From contig JAQWRY010000021.1 of assembly GCA_029243485.1 (NCBI GenBank), positions 118,531 to 182,530 of the forward strand: 64,000 bases of DNA. Direction: 5' to 3'. A model generated the notes under the pieces. That model saw only the letters and a list, made by a program, of their open reading frames with translations. It searched no databases and was not told the DNA's origin. A program made the translations under genes and the position numbers. Positions 18,017 to 27,690 of the stretch are shown piece after piece. Each line of letters opens with the position of its first letter. Position 1 is the first letter of the stretch. This DNA is from Candidatus Binatia bacterium. GTDB lineage: Bacteria; Desulfobacterota; Binatia; UBA12015.

Positions 18017-20362
18017 TCAGGAAAGCCGGCTGCGTCTCTTCGTCCGTGCCGTGGGCGGCGCCGTCCACGGATCTTCGGGCCAGGGATGCTTCGCGTAGCG
18101 GCCGCGCATCTCTTTGCGAACTTCGGGGTAGGTCTGCTCCCAGAAGTTTCGCAGGTCTCGCGTCGTCTGAACGGGGCGGCCATTGGGTGCCAGGAGCGAG
18201 AGTGTGATCGCCCGCGCTGGATTGCCCACCTGCGGACTGTCCGCAAGACCGAAGAGCTCCTGGAGCTTCACCGCAAGAACGATCTCGCCGTCGTCCCGGT
18301 ACTCGAGGCGATGGCGGCATCCGCTCGGCACTTCCAGGGTCTCGGGGGCATGCCGATCCAGGGCTTTGCGTACCGCGTGCGGAAGCATCGCATGAAAGTC
18401 AATCTTCGGGAGCGACGTGGCGCCCATCAGCGAGGCCTCAACGAGCGCATTCAGATCCAGCTCGACACCAGCAATATCTGCGCGCGTCTGCAGCTGCCGC
18501 TCGGGCGCGGACGGCTTGCGTGCCGCGAAGGCGTCGCGAAGAAGCGAAAGCGCCGCGTCTGGATCGACCTCCGCGGCGCGCTCTTCCACGAGGAGAGTTC
18601 CGATCCGGCGACGACGGAAAGCGCGGACGCGCCCCTGCCGAGAGTCGAACTCGTGCTCGACCCGCTCTTCGGGCAGAGGAAGCCACTCCTTCTCTACCCG
18701 GCTGGCGACTTCGACCAGCGCTTCCGCTCCCGTACCGCGCTGCGCGGCGCGCAACGCGATGGCGACCAACCACTCGCCATCTCGCACACCGCTCTCGTTC
18801 GCGAGGCGAGCACCGTGGCCATTCGCGAGAACGAGGCGGTCGGAGCCCGGCGCACGTCTTCGAGCCAGACGATCGGCGAACCCCGCGAGCAGTGCACGGC
18901 GCAACTCGTCGTCGCTCACCTCGCCCGGGCTATGGCGTGCCGGCAGGATCCGATCCGCGACGCGTTCGATCTGCTCCGCGGCGCGACGCACCGCGAACGG
19001 GGCCCGGCTAAAGTCGGCGAGGCGAGAGAGAACGTCGCTCGCAGTCGTCGCAGCGATGCCACGCGGTACGGACGCCGGGTCGGACAGTCCCGCGCAAAGT
19101 TCCGCCGCTCGGCGGCCACCGCCCGCCTCGATCAAGACGCGGGCGAGCCGCGGCGGCATCGGGAGCCGGCGCATCGTTCGGCCAATGTCTACGAGCACCC
19201 CCCTTCGCGTCGCACCGAGACTTTCGAGAAGGGTGAGACCGGCCTCCAGCGCTTCGGCCGCCGGCCGCTCGAGCCAGGCGAACGTCCGCGGGTCCTCCGA
19301 CCAGGCCAAGAGCTCGAGGAGGATCGGCGCGAGGTCGATGCGATGAATCTCGGGCTCGCGTGCGGGGCGAAGCTGCTGGGCGGGATGCCAGAGGCGTACC
19401 GCGCGTCCAGGTCTCGTTCGGCCGGCGCGACCCGCCCGCTGCTCGGCCGAATCCGCGGCGATGCGCTCGGTGCTGAGGCGATCGAGACCGATCCGACGGT
19501 CCTGACGCATGACCTTCTGAAGCCCCGAGTCCACGACGGTCGTCACACCGTCGACCGTGATGCTGGTCTCGGCAACGTTCGTCGCGAGGATGACCTTCCG
19601 CTCGCGACTGCCCGCAAGCGCGGCGTCTTGCTCCTCAGGCGACAGCGATCCATGCAATCGGTGGATGCGCGCTCCGGGCACGCCGCCCTCGAGTGCGCGC
19701 GCGGTGCGGTCGATGTCCGCCATGCCCGGCAAGAAACAGAGGAGGTGCCCGTCGCCGACCGAGAAGGCCTCACGCACGGCATCGGCCGGCGCGACGCCGT
19801 CGCGGTACTCGACCTCGACGGGGTGGAGCCGCGCCTCGGCGCGCACAATCGGGCAACCACCGAGTGCCCCCGAGTAGAGGTCGGCGTCGAGCGTGGCCGA
19901 CATCACGACGACGCGGAAATCATCTCGCGCGGCAAGCACCTGACGTGCGAGCGCAAAGCCCAGGTCCATTTGCGCACTTCGCTCGTGTATCTCGTCGAGC
20001 ACGAGAGTCTGGAAGTCGGTCAGAAAGGGATCGTCCTGCAATCGAGCGAGCAGAATGCCCTCCGTCACGACGAGCAGCTTCGTGCGCTTGGAGAATTTCC
20101 GCTCGAAGCGGACCTGCCAGCCCACCTCGTCACCGACCTTGCAACCGGCTTCGAAGGCAATCCGGCGCGCGACACTCCGGGCCGCCACTCGCCGAGGCTG
20201 GACCAGCAATACCGAGCCGTTCGGCGTCAAGGCCGGTGGAACACGCGTCGTCTTGCCAGATCCGGGCGGTGCCGTGACCACCACGGCGCGCGCCGCCTCG
20301 AGGCCGGCCCGGACAGCCGGGAGGATCGCATCGACCGGGAGTTCTCTACGATTGCGGGACAC
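18017..20362 (-). CDS. hrpB: ATP-dependent RNA helicase HrpB
   Basis: 781-aa ORF. VVVTAPPGSGKTTRVP Walker A, LDEIHERS DEAH box, TNVAETSITVDGV, QRAGRAGR, and an HrpB-type C-terminal domain. Confidence 0.9.
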   Translation of the reverse strand: MSRNRRELPVDAILPAVRAGLEAARAVVVTAPPGSGKTTRVPPALTPNGSVLLVQPRRVAARSVARRIAFEAGCKVGDEVGWQVRFERKFSKRTKLLVVTEGILLARLQDDPFLTDFQTLVLDEIHERSAQMDLGFALARQVLAARDDFRVVVMSATLDADLYSGALGGCPIVRAEARLHPVEVEYRDGVAPADAVREAFSVGDGHLLCFLPGMADIDRTARALEGGVPGARIHRLHGSLSPEEQDAALAGSRERKVILATNVAETSITVDGVTTVVDSGLQKVMRQDRRIGLDRLSTERIAADSAEQRAGRAGRTRPGRAVRLWHPAQQLRPAREPEIHRIDLAPILLELLAWSEDPRTFAWLERPAAEALEAGLTLLESLGATRRGVLVDIGRTMRRLPMPPRLARVLIEAGGGRRAAELCAGLSDPASVPRGIAATTASDVLSRLADFSRAPFAVRRAAEQIERVADRILPARHSPGEVSDDELRRALLAGFADRLARRRAPGSDRLVLANGHGARLANESGVRDGEWLVAIALRAAQRGTGAEALVEVASRVEKEWLPLPEERVEHEFDSRQGRVRAFRRRRIGTLLVEERAAEVDPDAALSLLRDAFAARKPSAPERQLQTRADIAGVELDLNALVEASLMGATSLPKIDFHAMLPHAVRKALDRHAPETLEVPSGCRHRLEYRDDGEIVLAVKLQELFGLADSPQVGNPARAITLSLLAPNGRPVQTTRDLRNFWEQTYPEVRKEMRGRYAKHPWPEDPWTAPPTARTKRRSRLS

Positions 20363-20439
20363 GGTTCCGATTCACGAGCGGTGCCGCGGAAGCACGCGCT
20401 ACCTCGCGGGGCCAACGGGGTCATGCTAGCACAGCCCGC

Positions 20440-22515
20440 GTGGCTCCACCGGTCTGTCGTCGCATCCGTCTCTCGCCGACCCGCAGGCGACGACGCCTTC
20501 TGCTCTCCGGATTCTCCCTCGTTGCGCTGGCCTTCCTCACGACGCCCCGGGCACATGGCATCGACGAAGCAGGACCCAAGACGCTCTCCCCCGTCGTGCA
20601 TTTCGTCGCGGCGCAGAACACACCTCGCGTGACGATCCAGGAGGTCTCCCGACCCGTTCTGAATGCGCTCCCGCGGACTGCCGCTCAACTCGTGTGCCCG
20701 TCGGCCGCAACGTGTTCCGTACGTGCGGCAGCCCACACGGGGGCCGGCTCTCGAACGGTCGTCGGATGGCCGGAGAAGCCCGCGCCGGCCGTCCCCGCTC
20801 CCTCCCTCGAAGAGTTGATTCGTGGACCGCAACCACCTCCCGAACAGTGGACCTACGAGCTTTTGCCGAAGACGAAGGACACCGACCCTCCGGCGGGCAT
20901 CGCAACCACGAAGAAAGTCGGCAAGCTCGCGCAGAGTTGGGCCCTCCCGCCCGTAGCGGATCGAACCGTCTCCACGCCCCCGACGCGCATCGAACCCGGC
21001 GCCGTGCTGCAGTTCGCCTATGGCGTCGAGGAGCCGGCCTGGTCGATCGACTCGGCCCCGGTCACGTTCGAGGTTGTCGCCCTGTTCGGCGAGAAGCAGA
21101 TCTCGCTATTTCGACGCGTACTCGACCCGGCGCGCAACGAGTCGGAGCGACGATGGTTCGAGCAGCAGATATCGCTCGATCCCGTCGCGGGGAAATCGGT
21201 GCAGTTCCGCTTCTCGGCGACCACGGTCGACCCTGCCGACCTCCGACCGCAGGCACCGGTCTGGGCGGACCCGTCGATTCTCGAACCACGCGCGGACACC
21301 CGACCTTCGATCGTTCTGGTCTCACTCGACACTCTGCGGGCCCGCAGCCTGAGTGCCTACGGATACGAACACGAGACCACGCCGTTCCTCGCGAGCCTGG
21401 CCAAGCGCGGAGCGTTGTTCACGCGCGCGTTCACCACGTTCTCGAACACGGTGGGGTCCCACGTGAGCATGTTCACCGGGCTGTACCCCGCATCCCACCA
21501 AGCCATCCAGCTCGAGAAGATCATTCCGCCGGAGGTTCCGAACCTCGCGCAGTCGCTCCGCAAGGCCGGCTACGTGACCGCCGCGTTTACAGAGAACGGC
21601 AACGTCAAAGGCCCAAGCGGCTTCTGGCGGGGCTTCGAGTACTACAACGAGTTCAAGCGCATCATCGCGGACGGGGGCGGCGCCACAGGGACGTTTGGCC
21701 GCGCACTCGATTGGGTCCAACACAATCGAGATCGCCCCTTCTTCTTGTTCGTGCACACCTATGCCGTGCATTTCCCGTACGTTCCGCCAAAGAAGTACGC
21801 CGAGCTCCTCAAGCAGGACGCGTCGGAAACGATCGAGCCGCGACGGAGCCTGCTGAACTACGAGGCGGAGATTCGTTTCCTCGATGACGAGGTCTCCCGG
21901 CTGATCGAAGGAATCTCGAAGCACGTCGACCCCAAGCACCTCCTTCTCGTCATCACCTCGGATCACGGCGAGGAGTTCAAAGAGCATGGGTTCCTCCAGC
22001 ACCGGCAGCTGTACGACGAGGTGCTGAACGTCCCGCTTCTCTTCGTCTGGTCCGACGTCATCCCCGCCGGGGAGCGTCACGGTCAAGCGGTCTCGCTCGT
22101 GGACATCGTCCCCACGGTCCTGGATCTCGCCAGCGTTTCCGAGTCGGCAAGCACCGAAGGGCAGAGCCTCGCCCCTCTCCTCACCGGGAAGGCCACACCA
22201 TCGGCGGACCGGATGGTTTACGCCCAGGGATGGCCGTCGGTCGGGCGGCAGTTCGCATCCCGGCAGCAGAGCAAGAAGTGCATCATCGTCGACCGGGAGC
22301 CTACGGCCGAGTGCTTCGATCTGGCGACCGACCCCGACGAGAAAGCTCCGCTTCCCGAATCGTCCGGCCCCGCGTTCAAGCGCTTGGCCACGGCCGTACG
22401 CGCATACCGAGACCAGTTCTACGAGAACGCCCAGAACCAGACACCCACACCGGCTTCGTCGCAGATCGACCTCGAACGCGAGCGGAACCTGCGAGCCCTC
22501 GGCTACATCGAGTAG
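20440..22515 (+). CDS. secreted LtaS-type 'sulfatase-like' hydrolase/transferase with about 290-aa unknown N-terminal domain
   Basis: GTG start, signal peptide RRRRLLLSGFSLVALAFLTTPRAHG. PSIVLVSLDTLRARSL...FSNTVGSHVSMFTGLYP has a Thr/Ser nucleophile and no CxPxR formylglycine motif. LLLVITSDHGEEFKEHG; C-terminal LRALGYIE. Confidence 0.8.
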   Translation: MAPPVCRRIRLSPTRRRRRLLLSGFSLVALAFLTTPRAHGIDEAGPKTLSPVVHFVAAQNTPRVTIQEVSRPVLNALPRTAAQLVCPSAATCSVRAAAHTGAGSRTVVGWPEKPAPAVPAPSLEELIRGPQPPPEQWTYELLPKTKDTDPPAGIATTKKVGKLAQSWALPPVADRTVSTPPTRIEPGAVLQFAYGVEEPAWSIDSAPVTFEVVALFGEKQISLFRRVLDPARNESERRWFEQQISLDPVAGKSVQFRFSATTVDPADLRPQAPVWADPSILEPRADTRPSIVLVSLDTLRARSLSAYGYEHETTPFLASLAKRGALFTRAFTTFSNTVGSHVSMFTGLYPASHQAIQLEKIIPPEVPNLAQSLRKAGYVTAAFTENGNVKGPSGFWRGFEYYNEFKRIIADGGGATGTFGRALDWVQHNRDRPFFLFVHTYAVHFPYVPPKKYAELLKQDASETIEPRRSLLNYEAEIRFLDDEVSRLIEGISKHVDPKHLLLVITSDHGEEFKEHGFLQHRQLYDEVLNVPLLFVWSDVIPAGERHGQAVSLVDIVPTVLDLASVSESASTEGQSLAPLLTGKATPSADRMVYAQGWPSVGRQFASRQQSKKCIIVDREPTAECFDLATDPDEKAPLPESSGPAFKRLATAVRAYRDQFYENAQNQTPTPASSQIDLERERNLRALGYIE

Positions 22516-22549
22516 GCGGGACTTCGGGACGGGCTTCCTCGGAACCTCA

Positions 22550-23029
22550 GTGACACCGAACACCGTGCTCCTCCCCGACATCAACCAGACCGACAGCGGC
22601 ACCGTGACCCTTCAGGCGTTCTGTGACGGAGCCGAGTCCTCCGCCGCGGTCTTCCGCGCAGTCGACGGCGGTGGCCACACGATTTCCAGCATCGCGAGTT
22701 GCATCGGCCCGACGCTCGAGGGGCTCTTCGGAAAGCAGAACCGGGACTTCGAAACCGCGGAAGGAGACTGGGCGGTCCTCCCACACCAGCACCTCGCCGG
22801 GACCGATGCGGCCTGCTGCAATTGGTGCGTCGAAGCCGTCGAGGAATGCGACGACGGCAACCCAATCGACGGCGACGGGTGCCCCGCGACGTGCGTGGCC
22901 GGAGGTTCCGCCCTACCGATCGTCTCGTTCGGAGGGCTGGCCGCGCTGGTACTCGGGCTCCTCGGCGCCGGAGTCCCGCCGAATAGCCTGCGCAAGCGCC
23001 ATCTGGTGGTCGTTCACCGCTACGTGTAG
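22550..23029 (+). CDS. Cys-rich repeat protein with MYXO-CTERM-like hydrophobic/basic tail
   Basis: 159-aa ORF with GTG start. EECDDGNPIDGDGCPATC is the Myxococcus cysteine-rich repeat. Tail: CVAGGSALPIVSFGGLAALVLGLLGAG...LRKRH. No N-terminal signal peptide is visible, so it may be 5'-truncated. Confidence 0.45.
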   Translation: MTPNTVLLPDINQTDSGTVTLQAFCDGAESSAAVFRAVDGGGHTISSIASCIGPTLEGLFGKQNRDFETAEGDWAVLPHQHLAGTDAACCNWCVEAVEECDDGNPIDGDGCPATCVAGGSALPIVSFGGLAALVLGLLGAGVPPNSLRKRHLVVVHRYV

Positions 23030-23054
23030 AGAAAGACCGTTGTCCACTCCCCCG

Positions 23055-23963
23055 ATGAACGCCGAAAACCTGTCGGCTTGTCCGGCTTGCGGCAGCAACG
23101 CAACCGACGGCCGTACGCGTGTCCCCGACCACGAGTACGGCGTCGAATTTGTTGCCACCTACGTGCGGTGCTCGGCGTGCGGGTCGGAGACGCAGGCGCC
23201 GATGCCCGAGGACGAGCAGCTCGCGTCGTTCTACCCAGCCACCTACCACAGCAAGCAGGCCGATGGCGCTCTCGTGCGCATGCGCAACGACGTTCGGTGG
23301 AAACGACTCGCGTCGTTGCTCGACCCCGCCGGGGGCAAAGGCGTCATCCTCGACTATGGCTGTGGTGACGGTCAGTTCCTTCGTCACGTCGCGGAGCGGG
23401 ACGCGTCGGCGCGTCTCTTCGGATACGAGATCGGTGCGACCCGCGAGATCATCGAGCAGGTCGACGGCCGCGTCACGATCGTGCGCGGGAGTGTCGACGA
23501 TCTCCTCGGTGCGCTCCCTCCGTGCCGGATGATCACGATGAACCACGTGATCGAGCACCTTCCCGACCCGGTGAAGACCCTGTCGCAGCTCGCCCGCCAC
23601 CTCGAGCCGGGCGGCGTATTCGAGGGACAGACACCGGCCGCCGGTTCCCTCGAGCATCGCGTGTTCGGAACGCGGTGGAGCGGCTACCACGCACCTCGCC
23701 ATACCGTCGTGTTCTCGCCCGGTGGTCTCGAATCGGCTCTCGAGCGCGCCGGGCTTACGCGTCCCAACGTAATCGGCGCGTTCAACCCCGCGGGCCTCGC
23801 GCTGAGCCTGGCCTCCGTGCGGCATGACGACGCGCCCAGCGTTCTTCGCCGCGAAGGATTGCCCTGGCTCGTGTGGCTCGGACTCGCCAGCGGCCTGTCC
23901 CTCGTCGACAAGCTCTCGGGAGCGCCGGCCGTCATCGACTTCGACGCCAAGAAGGCGGCATGA
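23055..23963 (+). CDS. class I SAM-dependent methyltransferase with N-terminal Zn-ribbon
   Basis: ATG 23055 inside ORF 22623..23963. CPACGS...CSACGS Cys pairs; ILDYGCGDGQFLRHV SAM motif I; ITMNHVIEHLPDP. Confidence 0.8.
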   Translation: MNAENLSACPACGSNATDGRTRVPDHEYGVEFVATYVRCSACGSETQAPMPEDEQLASFYPATYHSKQADGALVRMRNDVRWKRLASLLDPAGGKGVILDYGCGDGQFLRHVAERDASARLFGYEIGATREIIEQVDGRVTIVRGSVDDLLGALPPCRMITMNHVIEHLPDPVKTLSQLARHLEPGGVFEGQTPAAGSLEHRVFGTRWSGYHAPRHTVVFSPGGLESALERAGLTRPNVIGAFNPAGLALSLASVRHDDAPSVLRREGLPWLVWLGLASGLSLVDKLSGAPAVIDFDAKKAA

Positions 23964-24868
23964 ACGGCCGGCAGCGGCCCCAGTTCGAACGGCGATCCGA
24001 CGCCGTATCCCTGCTGGTGGTCGCCGCGCATCTCGCGTTCGTGTTGTGTCCGGTCTTCCTCGGAGCATGGGTCGGCGTGAGTCCGTGGCTCGTGCCGCTG
24101 TGGTTCTGGTTCGGGCTTGCGTTCCACGGGATGTTGAACCTGTGGCACGAGTCCTCGCACGCGCTCGTGTTCCAGGAACGCGCGAGGAACGAGGTACTCG
24201 GTCGATGGGTTCTGGCCCCGCTCATCCTCGGCGAGTTCGATACCTACAAGCAACGCCACTGGGACCACCACCGGTTTGTCGGTGAAGAGAACGACACCAA
24301 GGATGCGTACCTGCTCGACCTGCACGGCTCCCGCGTTCTCGGGTTCCTGGTTCGCTGCCTGACGCTGCAGGAGGCCATTCAGAAACTGAAGCGGACCGGA
24401 GACACCTCCGCTGCGACGCCCCCCTCCTCCACTTGGCTGGCACGCGCCGCGGTCGTCCACGGAGCGCTCTTCGCGTCGCTGTTTTTCGTCGCGCTCTCGA
24501 ACGATCGAGGCCCGCTCCTCGCGTTTTTCGCAGCCGGGTTCGCGTGGGGCGGGATCTTCATTTACGGGATGGCCGGACTCACGCTCTTCGTCGCATCGCT
24601 CCGCACCCTGTGTGAACACGGCGTGGCGGACGACGGCACGGCCCGGGTCGGCAGAGCCGCACTGCGAAACTTCGCATGCGGACCGATCGAACGGCTTCTC
24701 ATGGGCTCGTACGGGTTCGCGGAACACGCGACACATCACCGCGAGCCGGCAGTCCCCTCGTATCGCCTGCGCGAAGCAACCGCTCAGTTGGTCGAGCAAG
24801 GCGCTGCCGAGCTTCGCCCGTGCGAAGGCGGATACCACGCACGCCTCCGGGAGATCGTCGCCGGCTGA
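23960..24868 (+). CDS. membrane fatty-acid desaturase/hydroxylase-family di-iron protein
   Basis: ATG 23960 overlaps the methyltransferase stop (ATGA). Three His boxes are present: HESSH, HWDHH, HATHH. N-terminal TM segments. Confidence 0.8.
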   Translation: MNGRQRPQFERRSDAVSLLVVAAHLAFVLCPVFLGAWVGVSPWLVPLWFWFGLAFHGMLNLWHESSHALVFQERARNEVLGRWVLAPLILGEFDTYKQRHWDHHRFVGEENDTKDAYLLDLHGSRVLGFLVRCLTLQEAIQKLKRTGDTSAATPPSSTWLARAAVVHGALFASLFFVALSNDRGPLLAFFAAGFAWGGIFIYGMAGLTLFVASLRTLCEHGVADDGTARVGRAALRNFACGPIERLLMGSYGFAEHATHHREPAVPSYRLREATAQLVEQGAAELRPCEGGYHARLREIVAG

Positions 24869-24883
24869 ACGCCGACGGATGCT

Positions 24884-25519
24884 CTATCCCGCCTGCTTCT
24901 CGGCCTGTGGCCGTGCCCCGATGACGCGGGCCGGTGCGCCGGTCACGATCGTGTAGGGCTCAGTCGAACGCGTCACCACAGACCCGGCTCCGACGACGGT
25001 CCCTGTCGCCAGGGTCACGCCCGGGGTCACGACGGAGTTCGCGCCAATCCAGACGTCATCACCAATCGTAATCGGTGCGCTCTGATGCCCCTGTTGAATC
25101 ATCGGGAGGTCGGGGCTCAGGTCCCATCGATGCTGTGAACTCACGACCACGACGTTTGGCCCGACGAGAACATTGTCGCCCATCGTCAGCCCGCCCCGGC
25201 CGTCGAACGTACACCCGGTGTTGATGTGGCAATTACGCCCCATCCGGATTCCGTACGAGTGGATGAAGTGAACGCTCCGCGAGATGTAGCCGAAACCACC
25301 GAGTTCGGCGAAGAGCATGCGGTAGAACACGTACCGTAGGCCGAACCCGAGCAAGCTGGGGATCCACCGCAACAGCGTCCCGACCACCTCTTCCAGATAG
25401 ACCGTAATCGCCTGGCGCGCCGTCATGCTGCCGAGGAGTCGACGCAACTGGCCAAGGGCGGTGACTTTGACGTCTTCGGACATTCGATCGGAATCGGCTC
25501 CCACGGCGGACCACGCCAC
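24884..25519 (-). CDS. hexapeptide-repeat (LbH) O-acyltransferase, WcaF/MAT-like, with N-terminal TM segment
   Basis: 211-aa ORF with repeated [LIV]-G-x-x-x-x hexapeptides: MGDNVLVGPNVVVVSS...IGDDVWIGANSVVTPGVTLATGTVVGAGSVV. Confidence 0.8.
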   Translation of the reverse strand: MAWSAVGADSDRMSEDVKVTALGQLRRLLGSMTARQAITVYLEEVVGTLLRWIPSLLGFGLRYVFYRMLFAELGGFGYISRSVHFIHSYGIRMGRNCHINTGCTFDGRGGLTMGDNVLVGPNVVVVSSQHRWDLSPDLPMIQQGHQSAPITIGDDVWIGANSVVTPGVTLATGTVVGAGSVVTRSTEPYTIVTGAPARVIGARPQAEKQAG

Positions 25520-25606
25520 GAAGCCAGCAAGAGACGAGTCTACCGGTTATGCACATCTAGGCCACTCGAATAGCGCCCGCCGGACTCGGAGTGTTACACG
25601 GTCGCC

Positions 25607-27238
25607 ATGTCGATCCCCCAGCGGATCTTCGTTCCCATCTTCCTGTTCCTCCTCGCCCTCGCGGCGTTTCTCCGCTTCTGGGCCTTGGATGCCGGACTGC
25701 CGCACCTGATGACGCGGCCCGACGAGGAGCTCATCCTCTTCCAGACCCGCGATCCGGCAAGCGGGATCTTCCATCTGCAGTGGGTTGTGATGCACCCCGG
25801 AATCCCGAGCGCCTACATCTATCTTCTCTGGGTCTGGGGCGAGCTCGGACTCAATCTACTCCAGGCCGTCGGCGCCGCGCCGGCCGGCGACTACCTCCAT
25901 CTACTGAACGCCGCTCCCGACCGGTTGCTGCTGATCGAACGGGCGTTCTCCGCATGCGCCGGCGTTGCGACCGTCGCAGTCGTGGCCCTCGGCGCCCGAC
26001 GAGAACTCGGAGGCGGTGCCGCGCTAGTCGCCGGCCTGCTCGTCGCAACGGCGTTCCTGCACGTAAGGGATTCGCACTCTGCCAAACCGGACATCGCAAT
26101 GGGACTCGGCTTCGCGGCCGCACTGGTCGTGATGGCGCCACTCTGGAACGGAGTGCGACTCGGCCGCGTGATCGCCACCGGCGTCGTCATCGGCGCTGGC
26201 ATGGCAATGAAGCCTCCGGCCGTTCTTCTATTCGTACCCGCGTGGCTCGCGCTCTTCATGGGTTCCGAACAGAAGGGTTGGCGGCGGCTCTCGATCAGTC
26301 GAACGTTGCTGCTCGCACTCAGCGCTGCGGTCGTGTTTACGGCGACGTCGCCGTTCTTCGTTCTGAGTGGAGAGACGTTCGAGCGCGTCGTGAAGATCGT
26401 CGGCATCGTCTTCCCGGAGATCGCACCGGCGGAGGTCGCGCCGGCGATTCCCGTAATTCCGGGGCTCGAGAAGGATCCGTCCCGCCTAGCCGGTATCGGC
26501 TACCACGTTCGCTTTTCCCTGCGCTACGGCGTCGGGCTCGTGATGACGCTGCTCCTGCCGTTCGCCGTCGCGCGCGCGTTCCTCGTTCGCTCTCCACTGC
26601 TCGTTTCGAGCGCCGTGTTGTTCCTCCTCGGCGTGGTCGTCTTTGGCCTCTCGCCCGCCCTCCTCTCGCGCTACATCACACCGCTCGTGCCCGCAGCTGC
26701 GCTGCTCGTCGGCGGCTTGCTCGCCGGGATCGCCGAGAGGCTTCCGATGCGATCTCGAGCGACCGCACTCGCTGCACTCGCTCTGATCGTCGCCGCCGAG
26801 CCCACAATTGCCTCCGTGCGGTTCGATCGGCTCGCGACCCTAACGGATACGCGCGTGTACGCCGCGCGCTGGCTCGACGAGAACACCGAAGACGACGCGA
26901 CCATCGCCGTCGCCGGAACGGTGCTCTGGTCCTGGGGAGAACCGACGCCGCCCACCGGCCGTGACTGGGTCCGAATCGAGCTCGACGATGGGGAACTCGA
27001 TCGCTCCGGGGCGTCGATCCTTGTCACCCACGACCACACCTTGTTCTCTTCGACGATCGACCCGGGCAGCCTGACCGCGCTCCGGCCCCGCCTGGATCTC
27101 CTCGCCGAGTTCGACCCTTTCTCCGCCGACGGCCCCGAACCGATGTTCGAGACCCTCGACGCCTACTACATCCCCACTCGCGGCTTCGCCGGCCTCGAAC
27201 GCCCCGGCCCTGTCGTACGAATCTACGCGGTCCGTTGA
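25607..27238 (+). CDS. glycosyltransferase family 39 / ArnT-PMT-like membrane protein
   Basis: 543-aa polytopic ORF. First-loop motif RFWALDAGLPHLMTRPDEELILF. C-terminal soluble domain ends ...FETLDAYYIPTRGFAGLERPGPVVRIYAVR, typical of GT39-type proteins. Confidence 0.65.
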   Translation: MSIPQRIFVPIFLFLLALAAFLRFWALDAGLPHLMTRPDEELILFQTRDPASGIFHLQWVVMHPGIPSAYIYLLWVWGELGLNLLQAVGAAPAGDYLHLLNAAPDRLLLIERAFSACAGVATVAVVALGARRELGGGAALVAGLLVATAFLHVRDSHSAKPDIAMGLGFAAALVVMAPLWNGVRLGRVIATGVVIGAGMAMKPPAVLLFVPAWLALFMGSEQKGWRRLSISRTLLLALSAAVVFTATSPFFVLSGETFERVVKIVGIVFPEIAPAEVAPAIPVIPGLEKDPSRLAGIGYHVRFSLRYGVGLVMTLLLPFAVARAFLVRSPLLVSSAVLFLLGVVVFGLSPALLSRYITPLVPAAALLVGGLLAGIAERLPMRSRATALAALALIVAAEPTIASVRFDRLATLTDTRVYAARWLDENTEDDATIAVAGTVLWSWGEPTPPTGRDWVRIELDDGELDRSGASILVTHDHTLFSSTIDPGSLTALRPRLDLLAEFDPFSADGPEPMFETLDAYYIPTRGFAGLERPGPVVRIYAVR

Positions 27239-27343
27239 AGCGCAATGACATTTCGCCCCAGTCTCGCTGCGTTCCGGGGGGCGTTAGCAACCGCTCCGCG
27301 CTGAGGCGTTCCGCCTCGACGGGCCTGTGATAGCGTCCCCGTC

Positions 27344-27451
27344 ATGCATGATTTGGTGATTCGAGGGGGAACGGTCGTCGATGGGACCAGCGCGCTGGCG
27401 CGGACGATGCGGCCGACATTCTGTCCCCCGATCTTGGAGATCACTCCGTAG
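27344..27451 (+). pseudogene. amidohydrolase (D-aminoacylase-like) N-terminal remnant
   Basis: MHDLVIRGGTVVDGTSALART... is the canonical N-terminus of metal-dependent amidohydrolases. Homology is lost after about 21 codons and the ORF stops at 27451. Confidence 0.3.
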
Positions 27452-27690
27452 CGCCCGCAGCAGGCCGCGCATCATGGCACTGCTTTCTTCCCGAACTCCA
27501 CGCCGGCGCGAACATGCCACGTCGTATCGAGCGAGGAAACGGCCCGCCGACCGGGCCGTTGTCAGCGACCTCGCCGGCGTGGTTGTATCGGGTCAGGATG
27601 CGATTCGACCTGCTCGACAATGAAACTCGTCGGGTATCGCCGCCTTCCCGTCGTCCTAAACTGACGACACGACTGCCGACCTCCTCGAGA

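Noticed and set aside
27590-27625. GCGATTCGACC, resembling the reverse complement of a tRNA T-arm.
   Set aside because: No complementary stem, acceptor stem or anticodon arm can be drawn around it.
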